This document shows positions 13,548 to 26,477 of a DNA stretch of 64,000 nucleotides, piece by piece. The notes under the pieces are model-generated. The model saw only the letters and a list, made by a program, of their open reading frames with translations, ran no database searches and had not been told where the DNA came from. Numbering within the stretch: the first letter of the stretch is position 1; every line of letters starts with the position of its first letter. Source of the stretch: Octopus sinensis. Taxonomy: Eukaryota. The DNA lies in assembly GCF_006345805.1 (NCBI RefSeq), contig NC_042997.1, positions 11,594,001-11,658,000 on the forward strand, read 5' to 3'. Made by a program: the position numbers and the translations under genes.

Positions 13548-13885
13548 GGTCCCCGGGTTGATTCGGGGTTAACCACAGTAAATAAGGTACTCAATACATA
13601 GCAGAGTAAAATTAATTTATTATATAGAAGGAGCTTCTACAGGACTAGAACTGTTTCATTCAAGAGAAATCATCAGGAAGCTAGTTAACAAGAATAGTTT
13701 TGGCATTATACATTTAAGCAGGTTTAAAGGGGTGGTGGTGGGGGACTTCTTGGGGGTAGGCATAGCGCAAAAATAACATATACTTAGGGGAGTGGTCAAG
13801 GAGTCAGTGGTAAATTAGATAAAAGAATAAATAAAAGATAAAAAATAATAGAAGAATAGAGTTTTAGGTAAATAAGGAGATTCTC
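13546..13885 (-). mobile_element. Short non-coding repeat with hammerhead (PLE pseudo-LTR-like)
   Basis: ~340-bp complex-sequence block between microsatellites, containing an HHR motif. Confidence 0.5.
13632..13682 (-). ncRNA. Type I hammerhead ribozyme (U10.1/U11.1 mismatch)
   Basis: Minus strand reads AGCUUC CUGAUGA U-UUC-UCUU-GAA-U GAA ACAG-uucuaguc-CUGU A^ GAAGCU. Confidence 0.65.
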
Positions 13886-13887
13886 AC

Positions 13888-13966
13888 TTAACATATACAC
13901 ATATGTATATATATACACACACACATATACATACACACATATATATAGATACATACATAATATATA

Positions 13967-13999
<33 letters not shown>

Positions 14000-15188
14000 C
14001 ATAATATATATACATGTATATATACACACACGCCCACACATACATATACACACAAAAAATATACATACACACAACATACACATACACACATACACACATA
14101 TATACATACACACATGCACACACATGTCCATATATACATATATATATATATACATATGTGTACCTATACATACCTACACATACACACATATATAACATAC
14201 ACATACAAACCCATTCCCTTATTTCAATTTTATTATTATTTCATTATTACTTTTGTTATCTTTGACTGCGGTCACAAGCATCTTGGCTATCGTCCCCCTG
14301 GGGACGACAGCAAGTCCATTTATCTTTCTACTCTCGAAACAAGCACTCACTCACGCACGCACACACATTCGCACGCACACACACTCATTCGTACACTCAT
14401 ACACATACACGCACACACGCGTTATATTCATACATACATACATCTACATACATTCACATATATACACATACGTACGCGTACCTACAGATTCATGTCTACA
14501 CGCTTACACATACATACCTCAATACACCCACAGAAGACTAGTCCATACATATACACCAATAAATATATATACACATATACATATACACCTGCATACACAT
14601 ACATACACATACACACATATATATATATATATATATATACGTATATATACATACATATACATACACCTATACATACATACATATATACACATACATACAC
14701 CCACACATATACATATACATACATACACACATACATACACATACATATATATATACACACATATATATATATATATATATACATACACACACATACACAT
14801 ATACATGCGTACACATACACACACACACACGCGCATCCATATATACACATAAGTACACACATGCGTAAAAGTATACATATATCTATACATATGCTTACAC
14901 ATACACACACACACACACGCGCCTCCTTATGTTATATACTTACATGCATACTCAAAAAATAAATAATAAAATATATATACGTGCAGTTTTCATATACATA
15001 CATGCATACTCAAAAATAAATAATAAATATTAAGTATATATACGTGCAGTTAACTATTATACAGACGGATACATACATATAAACTTACACATATATACCT
15101 ATTTACACATATGTATATATACATACATACATACATAACTCTACGTACCTACATACACACATACACACACATATACATATACATATAT

Positions 15189-15228
<40 letters not shown>

Positions 15229-15308
15229 ACATACACACATATATATATACATACATATACACACATACACACACACATATATGTATACATACACACACAT
15301 ACACATAC

Positions 15309-15339
<31 letters not shown>

Positions 15340-15554
15340 CATATGTGTGTATACATACATACATACTCATACACACACACACTTCACATACATATATACA
15401 CACACTTACATATAATATATATATATAGATATTTATACATATACACACATTCACATATATATTATATATATAATATATACACACATACACACATATATAT
15501 ATACATACATATACACACATACACACCACACAATATATACATATATACACATAC

Positions 15555-15604
<50 letters not shown>

Positions 15605-16043
15605 GTGTGTATACATACATACATACTCATACACACACCACCATACACACATATATAATACCGATATACACATAAGTACATACATGCATAAATGTATACA
15701 ATTTTCTATACAAGTGCATACACATACACACACTCAACGGCACTCGCACCTTATATACATAAAAATACATGCATACAAACGCATACTCAAGTAATAATAA
15801 TAAGTAATAAGTAATAAATGATAAGTATATATACATGCAGTTACCCTTATACAGACGGAACATTCATATAAACATACACACATATATATATATATATACA
15901 TATATATACATGCACACATATACACATATATATATAATATATAAATACACATATATATATACATATATACACCTATCTACACATATGCACATATACACAC
16001 ATACATGCACATACGTATACCTCTACATACCTACATATACATA

Positions 16044-16083
<40 letters not shown>

Positions 16084-16092
16084 TATATATAC

Positions 16093-16133
<41 letters not shown>

Positions 16134-16302
16134 CATCTACACATCTGTATATACAACACCATACATGCACATACACATAACTCTACATACCTACATATAC
16201 ATCGACACACTAGCGTACACTTATATATATATATATATAATATATATATACACATATATATATTATATATATATATATATAATATATATATATATACACA
16301 CA

Positions 16303-16349
<47 letters not shown>

Positions 16350-16378
16350 ATATATAGATATATTATATATATATATAT
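13888..16378. repeat. 2.5-kb compound (AT)/(AC)/(ACAT) microsatellite field
   Basis: Low-complexity sequence with a few duplicated anchor blocks. Confidence 0.9.
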
Positions 16379-16580
16379 CAACAATTGAGGGTAAAATTAT
16401 TAGTTATTATCAATTTCACCAGTATTCAGTATTAACAGGACCATTATTTTTGAGTAAAACATTATCTGAGGAGAAATTTTCTTGAAGTAGTGGAAATGTC
16501 TAAAAAATTTTTTTGGCTGCTATTTCTAGAAAGTTCAGTGTGTGGCAAATATTTTTTACTAAGCCCTAATTAAATAATAT
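16378..16580. mobile_element. Rearranged fragment related to the 548-bp HHR repeat family
   Basis: 16378-16445 matches the unit terminus (caacaattgagggtaaaatt). 16455-16580 matches the unit in the opposite orientation (gctgctatttcta...actaagccc). Confidence 0.7.
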
Positions 16581-16582
16581 AT

Positions 16583-16650
<68 letters not shown>

Positions 16651-16829
16651 CATATGCATACATACATATATACATATATACATATATACATATATATACA
16701 CACACACATACATATATATATACATACATACACACTCACACACACATAATACATGCGTATATTCCTACTATACTACCATACATTTCTATACATATATACG
16801 ATAAACATATACAAGCGTACACATAAATA

Positions 16830-18043
16830 TGTGAAAGGTCTTAGGAGAAAAGGATCGGGGTTGCTAGGGGAACGGTGGGATTGGGGGGGGGGTTTGTGGT
16901 GGGTGTCGTCAATCTGGTTGCCGGGTAGGTCTATAGTTCTTGTAGTTTGCATAAGTCTTATGCATGCAATAGGGGAGTGTTCTGAGATCTTTTTGAGGAG
17001 AGGCCTTTGGCGAACAAGATTTCTAGGCTCTCCGAAATGCAAAGGTCACAGCAGGTATGGCCTCCTGTGTACGAACCGCGCGCCTCTGTAGTAGTTTCCA
17101 CTTGGTCTTGAAGGGGATGGAGTTCCTTTTAATCCAGATGTGGGCGGCGAGGGTATTTTGGTTGGATTTATCCGGTCGCCGGAACGAGTGTGTGTGGGCG
17201 TACCAGCGGGTCTAAAGCTGTTTGACGTCATTCGATGTAGGTTTTCTTTATCACCAGGGCCTGATCTTACCTCGCATGTATAGACGAGTCCCTCTGTAGG
17301 CAGTTGTTGTTGAGGGGGCAGGTGTCTTATCAGGGCAGTTGCAAATTGCTATCGGATGTTGGATGGGCCTCGGAAAAAGTAGATATATTAAGTTTTTTCA
17401 CATTGGTTGTTGGCTAGGTTCCTGCTAGATTGGGCGTGGTAGAGTAGGAGAGTCTAATGGTGTTCTTATTTAGGATAGTATAGTAACTTTATGGTGGGTG
17501 GGGAATGTTTTGTCTGAGAGTGAAGAAAGATTTTAGCTACAGGTGTAGCGACCTCACGGCTTGAAGGGGGGTTGTACCAGCTAATGTGGTCTTCGTCTAC
17601 TTTTCCTGGTTGGCGTGGGGCTATACTAGTATAGGTAATCTTATCTTTAAAGCCACTGCGGGCCAGGGGCCTCGTTTGTAATAGGGGCTGCGGCCTTAAA
17701 GATATCTTCCGTGGCGGACAGGCTAGAAATTCTAATTGAGACACTTTTTACTAGGTTGTCTAATATATTTAGGGGTGGTTGGAATTAATGTCTATATATC
17801 TAAGGGATTCATTTGGTTGTGGTACGGGTAATAAAGTGAGGTTTTTTAAGTCGAGGGTAACGTCAAGGAAGTAGCTTTGGTTAAGTTGGATTCTAAGGTA
17901 ATCCTAAGGCCTAAGTTTTTAAAGAAGATGTAAAGATTTTTCCGGAACCCATCCGTGTCCTGGGGTTTATTTTGTGGAGGGCAAAAAGGCCGTCATCGCG
18001 GTAAAGACCACCGGAGAGGCCTGTGAATAGGGTCTTCAGCCTA
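16830..18043 (-). pseudogene. Penelope-like element: RT 3' half and GIY-YIG endonuclease, decayed
   Basis: Minus-strand translation gives GGLYRDDGL (17992-18003), FLDVTLDL, YIDINSNHP and ISWYNPP, then Cys-rich CNCP..PLNNNCL typical of the PLE GIY-YIG region. Many frameshifts. Confidence 0.8.
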
Positions 18044-18401
18044 CTAATACATTATTGTTTGTACTCCACCTGCCTTGTCTCTTGTTTATTTTCGTAACCA
18101 TCCCGTTATATATATATATATATATATAATTTCAAACAATTGAGGGTAAAATTATTAATTAATTAATCAATTTCACCAAGTATTCAGTATGCAAAGGGAC
18201 CATTTAAGGCAATTTCAAATTATTACATTATATAAAAGGGCTTAGTAAAATAAATACTTTGCCCATACTGAACTCGTTAGAAATAGCAGCTAAAAAAAAC
18301 TATTTCTAACACTTAAAGAAAACCTCTCTCATATAGTGCTTGCTCAATTCAACCCAAAGAAAGTATGAGGGTAGAGACATTAAAAATCAAATGCAAGGTT
18401 A

Positions 18402-18459
18402 TTTGAGTACGTACGTTTCAAGATTAGCCAAGTTCGACCCTTCTCTCATCAGCTCAGAA
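18402..18459 (-). ncRNA. Minimal type I hammerhead ribozyme (array unit)
   Basis: Reverse complement reads uucugag CUGAUGA gaga..ucuu GAA ACGUACGU A^ cucaaa. Confidence 0.75.
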
Positions 18460-19155
18460 TGCCCTTGTTTGAGTTTGAAAACACTGAAAATGGGAGCATA
18501 CCCTTCGGCTTGTTATCGCTTCTGAAGATCTGCTCCCAACTAACAGTGCTAGCCAACTCAAATATGCAAGAGAAAATTTCTGTTCTCCCCTTTCCACCAG
18601 CGTGGTTAAATCAGCAAACACTATCCTTTTTTTTTCGGTAAAATCCAAGACAATTAAGTAGAGAGAGATGAATTATAATTTCAACAATTGAGGGTAAAAT
18701 TAATTAATTAATTAATCAATTTCACCAAGTATTCAGTATGCAAAGGGACCATTTAGGCAAATTCAAATATTACATTATATAAAGGGCTTAGTAAAATAAT
18801 TACTTTGCCGCATACTGAACTCGTTAGAAATAGCAGCTAAAAAAAACTATTTCTAACACTTAAAGAAAACCTCTCTCATATAGTGCTTGCTCTTAATTGA
18901 TTAATAATTAATTAATTTTACCCCTCAATTGTTGAAATTATAATTCATCTCTCTCTACTTAATTGTCTTGGATTTTACCGAAAAAAGGATAGTGTTTGCT
19001 GATTTTAACCCCCGCTGGTGGAAAGGGAGAACAGAAATTTTTCTCTTGCATATTTGAGTGGCTAGCACTGTTAGTTGGGAGCAGATCTTCAGAAGCGATA
19101 ACAAGCCGAAAGGGTATGCTCCCATTTTCAGTGTTTTCAAACTCAAACAAGGGCA

Positions 19156-19213
19156 TTCTGAGCTGATGAGAGAAGGGTCGAACTGGCTAATCTTGAAAAC
19201 GTACGTACTCAAA
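19156..19213 (+). ncRNA. Minimal type I hammerhead ribozyme (array unit; one extra A in the GAAA run)
   Basis: ttctgag CTGATGA...GAAAACGTACGTA ctcaaa. Confidence 0.65.
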
Positions 19214-19701
19214 TAACCTTTGCATTTGATTTTTTAATGTCTCTACCCTCATACTTTCTTGGGTTGAATTAGCAAGCACTATTGAGAGAGGTTTTCTTTA
19301 ATGTTAGAAATAGTTTTTTTAGCTGCTATTTCTAACGAGTTCAGTATGCGGCAAAGTAATTTTATTTCAAGCCCTTTATATATGTAATAATTGAATTTGC
19401 CTTAAATGGTCCTTTTGCATACTGAATACTTGGTGAATTGATTAATTAATTAATTAATTTTACCCTCAATTGTTGAAATTAATAAAATTCATCTCTCTCT
19501 ACTTAATTGTCTTTGGATTTACCGAAAAAAAGGATAGTGTTTGCTGATTTTAACCCACGCTGGTGGAAAGGGGAGAACAGAAATTTTTCTCTTGCATATT
19601 TGAGTTGGCTAGCACTGTTAGTTGGGAGCAGACCTTCAGAAGCGATAACAAGCCGAAGGGTATGCTCCCATTTTCAGTGTTTTCAAACTCAAACAAGGGC
19701 A

Positions 19702-19759
19702 TTCTGAGCTGATGAGAGAAGGGTCGAACTTGGCTAATCTTGAAACGTACGTACTCAAA
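19702..19759 (+). ncRNA. Minimal type I hammerhead ribozyme (array unit)
   Basis: ttctgag CTGATGA gaga..tctt GAAACGTACGTA ctcaaa. Cleavage predicted after 19753. Confidence 0.75.
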
Positions 19760-20252
19760 TAACCTTTGCATTTGATTTTTTAATGTTCTCTACCCTCATA
19801 CTTTCTTGGGTTTGAATTGAGCAAGCACTATATGAGAGAGGTTTTTCTTTAAGTGTTAGAAATAGTTTTTTTAGCTGCTATTTCTAACGAGTTCAGTATG
19901 CGGCAAAGTAATTTATTTTACTAAGCCCTTTTATATAATGTAATAATTTGAATTGCCTTAAATGGTCCCTTTGCATACTGAATACTTGGTGAAATTGATT
20001 AATTAATTAATTTTACCCTCAATTGTTGAAATTATAATTCATCTCTCTCTACTTAATTGTCTTGGATTTTACCGAAAAAAAGGATAGTGTTTGCTGATTT
20101 TAACCCACGCGCTGGTGGAAAGGGGAGAACAGAAATTTTTCTCTTGCATATTTGAGTGGCTAGCACTGTTAGTTGGGAGCAGATCTTCAGAAGCGATAAC
20201 AAGCCGAAAGGGTATGCTCCCATTTTCAGTGTTTTCAAACTCAACAAGGGCA

Positions 20253-20309
20253 TTCTGAGCTGATGAGAGAAGGGTCGAACTTGGCTAATCTTGAACGTAC
20301 GTACTCAAA
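20253..20309 (+). ncRNA. Minimal type I hammerhead ribozyme (array unit; one A missing in GAAA)
   Basis: CTGATGA...GAACGTACGTA ctcaaa. Confidence 0.6.
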
Positions 20310-20801
20310 TAACCTTTGCATTTGATTTTTTTGTCTCTACCCTCATACTTTCTTGGTTGAATTGAGCAAGCACTATATGAGAGAGGTTTTCTTAAGTGTT
20401 AGAAATAGTTTTTTTAGCTGCTATTTCTAACGAGTTCAGTATGCGGCAAAGTAATTTATTTTACTAAGCCCTTTATTAATGTATAATAATTTGAATTTGC
20501 CTTAAATGGTCCCTTTGCATACTGAATACTTGGTGAAATTGATTAATTAATTAATTAATTTACCCTCAATTGTTGAAATTATAATTCATCTCTCTCTACT
20601 TAATTGTCTTGGATTTTACCGAAAAAAAGGATAGTGTTTGCTGATTTAACCCCACGCTGGTGAAAGGGGGGAGAACAGAATTTTTCTCTTGCATATTTGA
20701 GTTGGCTAGCACTGTTAGTTGGGAGCAGATATCTTCAGAAGCGATAACAAGCCGAAAGGGTATGCTCCCATTTTCAGTGTTTTCAAACTCAAACAAGGGC
20801 A

Positions 20802-20858
20802 TTCTGAGCTGATGAGAGAAGGGTCGAACTTGGCTAATCTTGAAACGTCGTACTCAAA
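20802..20858 (+). ncRNA. Minimal type I hammerhead ribozyme (array unit; 1-nt shorter stem III)
   Basis: CTGATGA...GAAACGTCGTA ctcaaa. Confidence 0.65.
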
Positions 20859-21012
20859 TAACCTTGCATTTGATTTTTAATGTCTCTCTACCCTCATACT
20901 TTCTTGGGTTGAATTGAGCAAGCACTATATGAGAGAGAGGTTTTCTTTAAGTGTTAGAAATAGTTTTTTTAGCTGCTATTCTAACGAGTTCAGTATGCGG
21001 CAAAGTAATTTA

Positions 21013-21440
<428 letters not shown>

Positions 21441-21489
21441 TACATATATATATGTAAATAGATAGATAGATACATACATATAACTTTTA

Positions 21490-21812
21490 TCTTTGACGTG
21501 TTTCAGTCATTTGACTGTGACCATGATGGGGCACCGCCTTGAAGGGTTTTAGTCGCACAAATCGACCTCAGGATCTTATTTTTAAACGTGGTACATATTC
21601 TATCGGTTTCTTTTTGCCAAATTGCTAAGTTACGGGGACGTAAGCCAGCCAACACCGGTTGTCAAGCAGTGGTGGAGACGAACACAGTCCCTCCCCACAC
21701 ACATATACGATGGGCTTCTTTCAATTTCTGTCCTCCAAGTTCACCCACAAGGGTTTTCGCCGGTGCGAGGCTATAGAAAAGACTTGTCCAACATGCCATG
21801 CAGAGGAATATG
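21490..21812 (-). mobile_element. SINE family 1, diverged
   Basis: Reverse-complement tail (gtttcagtcatttgactgtgaccatg) through the core. Confidence 0.75.
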
Positions 21813-21960
21813 ATTCTTTATATATATATATATATATAATATATATATAATATCTTAACAGTAAGTATTGATGGTTTATTTGCAATATGTTTAGACTTTT
21901 AAGGGCACAAAGTCACAGCCAGAATATTTCCATTGAAAAGCCCCGGTGTACGTTCACTAA

Positions 21961-22005
<45 letters not shown>

Positions 22006-22067
22006 ACATACATACAGACAGACAGACTCACATATATACATATGCACACACACAAGTGTATAAACTG

Positions 22068-22145
<78 letters not shown>

Positions 22146-22404
22146 GCGTAAACTTGCGGACTTTATTATCTTCTTACTTCATGGTATGATGCTACTAATT
22201 GTGTCCTCAGAGAAGTTTAGTAGGGAAGCACTGTCCAATGGATGGTGTGACAATATAACCCTGATCATTTATCATGGTAAAGGAACTAAAGGTAAGCATG
22301 GATATAGAAGTAAGAATTTGTAAAGAAGAGGAAAAGAACTGCAAATATGGAACAGAAAATACAAAATAAAACGTAAAAGATAAATAGAGACAATAACAAC
22401 ATTA

Positions 22405-22572
22405 ATACTAATAACAGCAACAGCAACAGCAACAACAACAACAGCAACAATAACAACGACGACGATGATGATGATGGTGATGATGATGATGATGATGATG
22501 ATGAAGAAGAAAACAACAACAACAACAATAATAATAATAATGATAATAATGATAATAATGATAATAATAATG
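22405..22572. repeat. Compound trinucleotide repeat (CAA/CAG/GAT/AAT)
   Basis: Successive triplet runs. Confidence 0.9.
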
Positions 22573-22739
22573 GTAGGAAATGATTTTGATGGCGAAAGAA
22601 ATAGTAAGATAAGGTGAAGGCTGTTATTGTTGGTATAAATATGTATTGATATTGGAAAAGAAAGATAAAAATAATTCTAGCTTCTTGAAGTATGGACTGA
22701 GTAGGCAAGAGGAAAAAAAATATATATATCATATCATTA

Positions 22740-22741
22740 TA

Positions 22742-22831
<90 letters not shown>

Positions 22832-22959
22832 ATATTATATATATATATATATTGTATATTATATATATGTATGTATATTTTATATTATATATATATATAT
22901 TATATATATATATAGATTGTATATTATATATATATGTATATATATATATATCTATATAG

Positions 22960-23005
<46 letters not shown>
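22740..23005. repeat. (AT)n field
   Basis: Interrupted TA run. Confidence 0.9.
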
Positions 23006-23009
<4 letters not shown>

Positions 23010-23419
23010 GTATGCAAATATATAGCTATATACCTCTCCCTACTAAACATTGAAATGCCAGAAGAATAACATAGAATTATCGCTACGAACGATCTTAACT
23101 ATGGCAAACAACTTTTTTCTTTTTTTTCCTGAATAATCATCTCGTCTCTTTCGCCTTCTCCCACTATTTGCCTTTTTGAAGAATACCACACCTGTCTTTC
23201 ATTGTATTCTCGTATACATTCCCAGTCACATGCAAGCAAACACAAATACACTCATAGATAATATGTTTATGATGTATACAGATAGATGTATTATAAATGT
23301 TTACATGTATGCATATTTATATACTGATGCAAAGACGCTGACGTATACATTTACAAATATATATTCACGCACCCAAACGCTCTCATATATGTATATATAG
23401 TGAACAGGGTCCCTTTTAG

Positions 23420-24060
23420 ATACCTATTGAAAACTCTGTTTGAGTTTTATCATTTTCATCTCAATGTTTTCATATTTTCGTATGAGCTCCTTGCTGTTTG
23501 TTTGGTAGAGTAATATTTCTAAATTCAACATTAACGTGCCTAGATCTTGGTAAGTCTTACCTTCTAGGCGAAGTGATGTTAGTATCTTTATAGTATGGAT
23601 GTTTAATTCCATTGATATAGATATTACCATTGTAATTTGTTTTTTAACCGTTAGATTTATACGTTATCCATCATGTTTATTTTGTTTTGAGAACTCAAGT
23701 TTCCCCAATCATTTTACTTATCTAAATTGCAATTTATATAGACAAAAAATGTATCATGAATTGGCTTGGCGTTTAGGGTCCATGTTCGTGACGTTATACA
23801 TGACTATAATAAAAAGCAAAGTGGTACCAAGATACAGAAATAAGATGTACACCAGGTATGTGGACGAAATTCTTAAAAGTGGTCCTACGTATAACCATGC
23901 TGGTTGGGGAAAGCTCACCTATCAATTTAAGAAAATTTTTATGTTGATGGATTAAGGTAAGAAGAACCGGCACATACACTGAGGCTTTTTAATGGAAGTA
24001 TGCTGGAAGTGACTTTGTGCCCCTAAAATATCTAAAACATGTTGCCAAATAAACCATCAA
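23420..24060. pseudogene. Highly decayed Penelope-like relic
   Basis: Plus strand gives LGSMFVTLYM...MYTRYVDEI (23854-23871), resembling PLE RT GSP..ANFYM / RYVDDI. Minus strand 23424-23630 (ELIRKYENIEMKMIKLK) resembles a PLE N-terminus. Confidence 0.45.
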
Positions 24061-24120
24061 TACTTACTGTTAATATATATCTATATATATATATCTATCT
24101 ATCTATCTATCTATCTATAT

Positions 24121-24169
<49 letters not shown>

Positions 24170-24789
24170 AAGAATCATGTTCACTAATTCAAATTAGTAA
24201 AACTAGAAGAGTGACATACGAGGCAGAGGTCAACTCTTCTTAAACAAAGGGGAGAAATTAGACCAAATGTGGTCTAAAGCTACGTTATACAAATCTAAGT
24301 ATAAAAGTATAAAAGAACAAGACCAGCAACAAAGTTATCAAAATAGATATGGTAACAGAAAGACAGCAATTCGAAGACACCAGTAGAAAAATAAAAATAC
24401 ATTAATGGAAGAACATGATTCTATTTGAATGCGACTGAGGGACTAGTATATTATATAACTTCAAAGTTATAAGTCCATCTAAATAATCGTTTAAAATATT
24501 CTGGTCTATGGTGTCACTTTTAAAATTCGCTGTTAAAATTATGGTCCAGCCAGAAGTATCTTAGATTTAGCCTCATCCACAAAATCACTAGAAACATCTA
24601 TTTCTTAAATGGAATAAATAATAAGGATAAAACTCAGAACGCAATGAGCTGGAAGAAAAAAGAAATGTCACTAAGCGTTTGGTTCGACGCACTAACGAGT
24701 TTGCCAACTCACTGACTTATACTAGACAACAACTGCAAAGATGGTTTCCAATAAAGGCAAAAGGTTTCACACATTGAGTCAGAGAACAG

Positions 24790-25160
24790 TAATTTTTATG
24801 AATCCCGTATATGACTGGTAACTTATTTTATCGACCACGGAAGAATGAAAAGCAAGCTAAACTCTGGTGGGATTAGAACTTAGAATATAAAGGGATTTAA
24901 CTAGGTACGAAAATGTATTTGTTACTTTAACGGTTCTATCAATCTCAGCAACAAAAATCGTTTATAACATGGATACCAGACCTGAGATTTGGGGAAGTGA
25001 GTTGGTCGATGCCATCGATCTCAGTACTTCATTGGTACTTTATTTTATTGAGTCTGAAAGGATGAAAGGCGAAGTTGCTACCGGGAGGATTTTGAACTTT
25101 GAGCTGTAACTAAAAACTGCAAAGCATTTTGTTCGACGCTTTTACGATTTTGCCAATCCA
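24790..25160 (-). mobile_element. Two decayed copies of SINE family 2
   Basis: ctggtaacttattttatcgacc..gaatgaaaagcaagc and ggtactttattttattgagtctgaaaggatgaaaggc match the family at 54255-54834. Confidence 0.55.
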
Positions 25161-25699
25161 TTGCTCAGTCTCAGCTACAATTATGAACACGAGCCAATGA
25201 GCAAGATTCTGTTTGGTCCTTCAAACTGCTAGAAATAGCAACCAAATCTTTCTCAATTCACACTCTATGTAATGTGGCGCGCATAAGCAAAAGGAGGTTA
25301 GCCACAGGTAAAATGTCTTTAATCAGAATCTTGCTAATTCAGGGCTGATCTAGGATTTAATAACCACAAAAACATCAGTAAGCGAACAAACGCAGAAGCT
25401 TCTACGTGATTGTTCGACTAGCTATAAATAAGTTAAATTCTCTCCCTTTGAAAAAAAAAAAGAAAAAAAAGAAGGAACTATTAGATAATGCCATACATTG
25501 TAAAAAAATTCGGCATGGTCATCGCTGGAATGCCTTCGATCATAGGTCTCCGTCAGATCTGGTCTGGGTCTAAACAGCAACAAAAACTTTAATAACAACA
25601 AAGCAACAGTGACATTAAAAATAGTAAAGCTTTGAGGAATAATATCGACGACGACGACGACGACAACACAACAACAACAACAACAACAACAACAGTAGT

Positions 25700-25890
25700 G
25701 GAGGCGCAATGGCCCGGTGGTTAGGGCAGCGGACTCGCGATCGTAAGAACGCGGTTTCGATTCCCAGACCGGGCATTGTGAGTGTTTATTGAGCGAAAAC
25801 ATCTAAGCTCCACGAGCCTCCGGCGGGGAAGGATGATTAGCCTCGCTGTACTCTTTCACCACAACTTTCTCTCACTCTTTCTTCCTACTT
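25700..25890 (+). mobile_element. tRNA-derived SINE family 3, 5' part
   Basis: tRNA-like head ggaggcgcaatggcccggtggttagggcagcggactcgc...ggtttcgattccc followed by non-tRNA body. Confidence 0.65.
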
Positions 25891-26477
25891 CTTCCACAAA
25901 GCAGTGGAACCATGGTGTAACCCACTATCGTGTGGTAAACTTTCAGACCCTAGTCTAGATTGCGAATCCTCTGTATCCCAGGATGGTTCAGCTCTCCACT
26001 CGTTAAATAATCCATCGTTTACGGAATGAGGATAATAACGTAGCTTTCGAGCCCGTGCAACCGCCAGTCTATCACGTGTGGTGGGTGGATCTTCAAGTTG
26101 CCGCACGTATTCTTAGTAGCTTAGAGTAGGCTCGAATTAGAGATTATTCTTTGTGGCTAATGGCATGAGTCCTGATTGGAAGAAGAAGAAAACAACAGCA
26201 GCAGCAATAAAAACAATGACCACGTCAATGGCAATGATGATAGTAACGCCTGTAGCAATAATAGCAACAGTACTAGCAATAACAAGAAGAACAACAGCTG
26301 TAACAACACATTAAAAAAAAATATCATAGGTCCTTCCCGAGCCATAAGATCATTAGAGTGGTTTCCTGGATTCTGTGACCTGTATATTCCTCACCCCGGA
26401 CAGGACGCTGGTCGGTTGCAGGTTTAGTCATTTTGTTTCATGTGTCGATTGGAACAACATGTAGGGAATGGTTTTAT

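Larger units (their letters stand above)
18130..21012. repeat. Tandem array of ~548-bp hammerhead-containing units (~1.4 units minus, ~3.8 units plus)
   Basis: ccctcaattgttgaaatt recurs at ~18922, 19463, 20016 and 20563. Orientation switches at ~18892. Confidence 0.92.

Noticed and set aside
13884-16485. Many long ORFs of YI/HT/CV/YLSI repeats here and throughout the window
   Set aside because: They are translations of stop-free microsatellites, with no domain content or splice context.
18130-21012. Array as a CRISPR locus or a protein-coding tandem gene
   Set aside because: Units are ~548 bp with no unique spacers, and the short ORFs are broken by differing indels and lack recognisable domains.
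25700-25780. tRNA gene (also the heads at 33752, 35461, 54985 and 57240)
   Set aside because: A/B-box-like motifs are present, but there is no complete cloverleaf and each continues into a SINE body.
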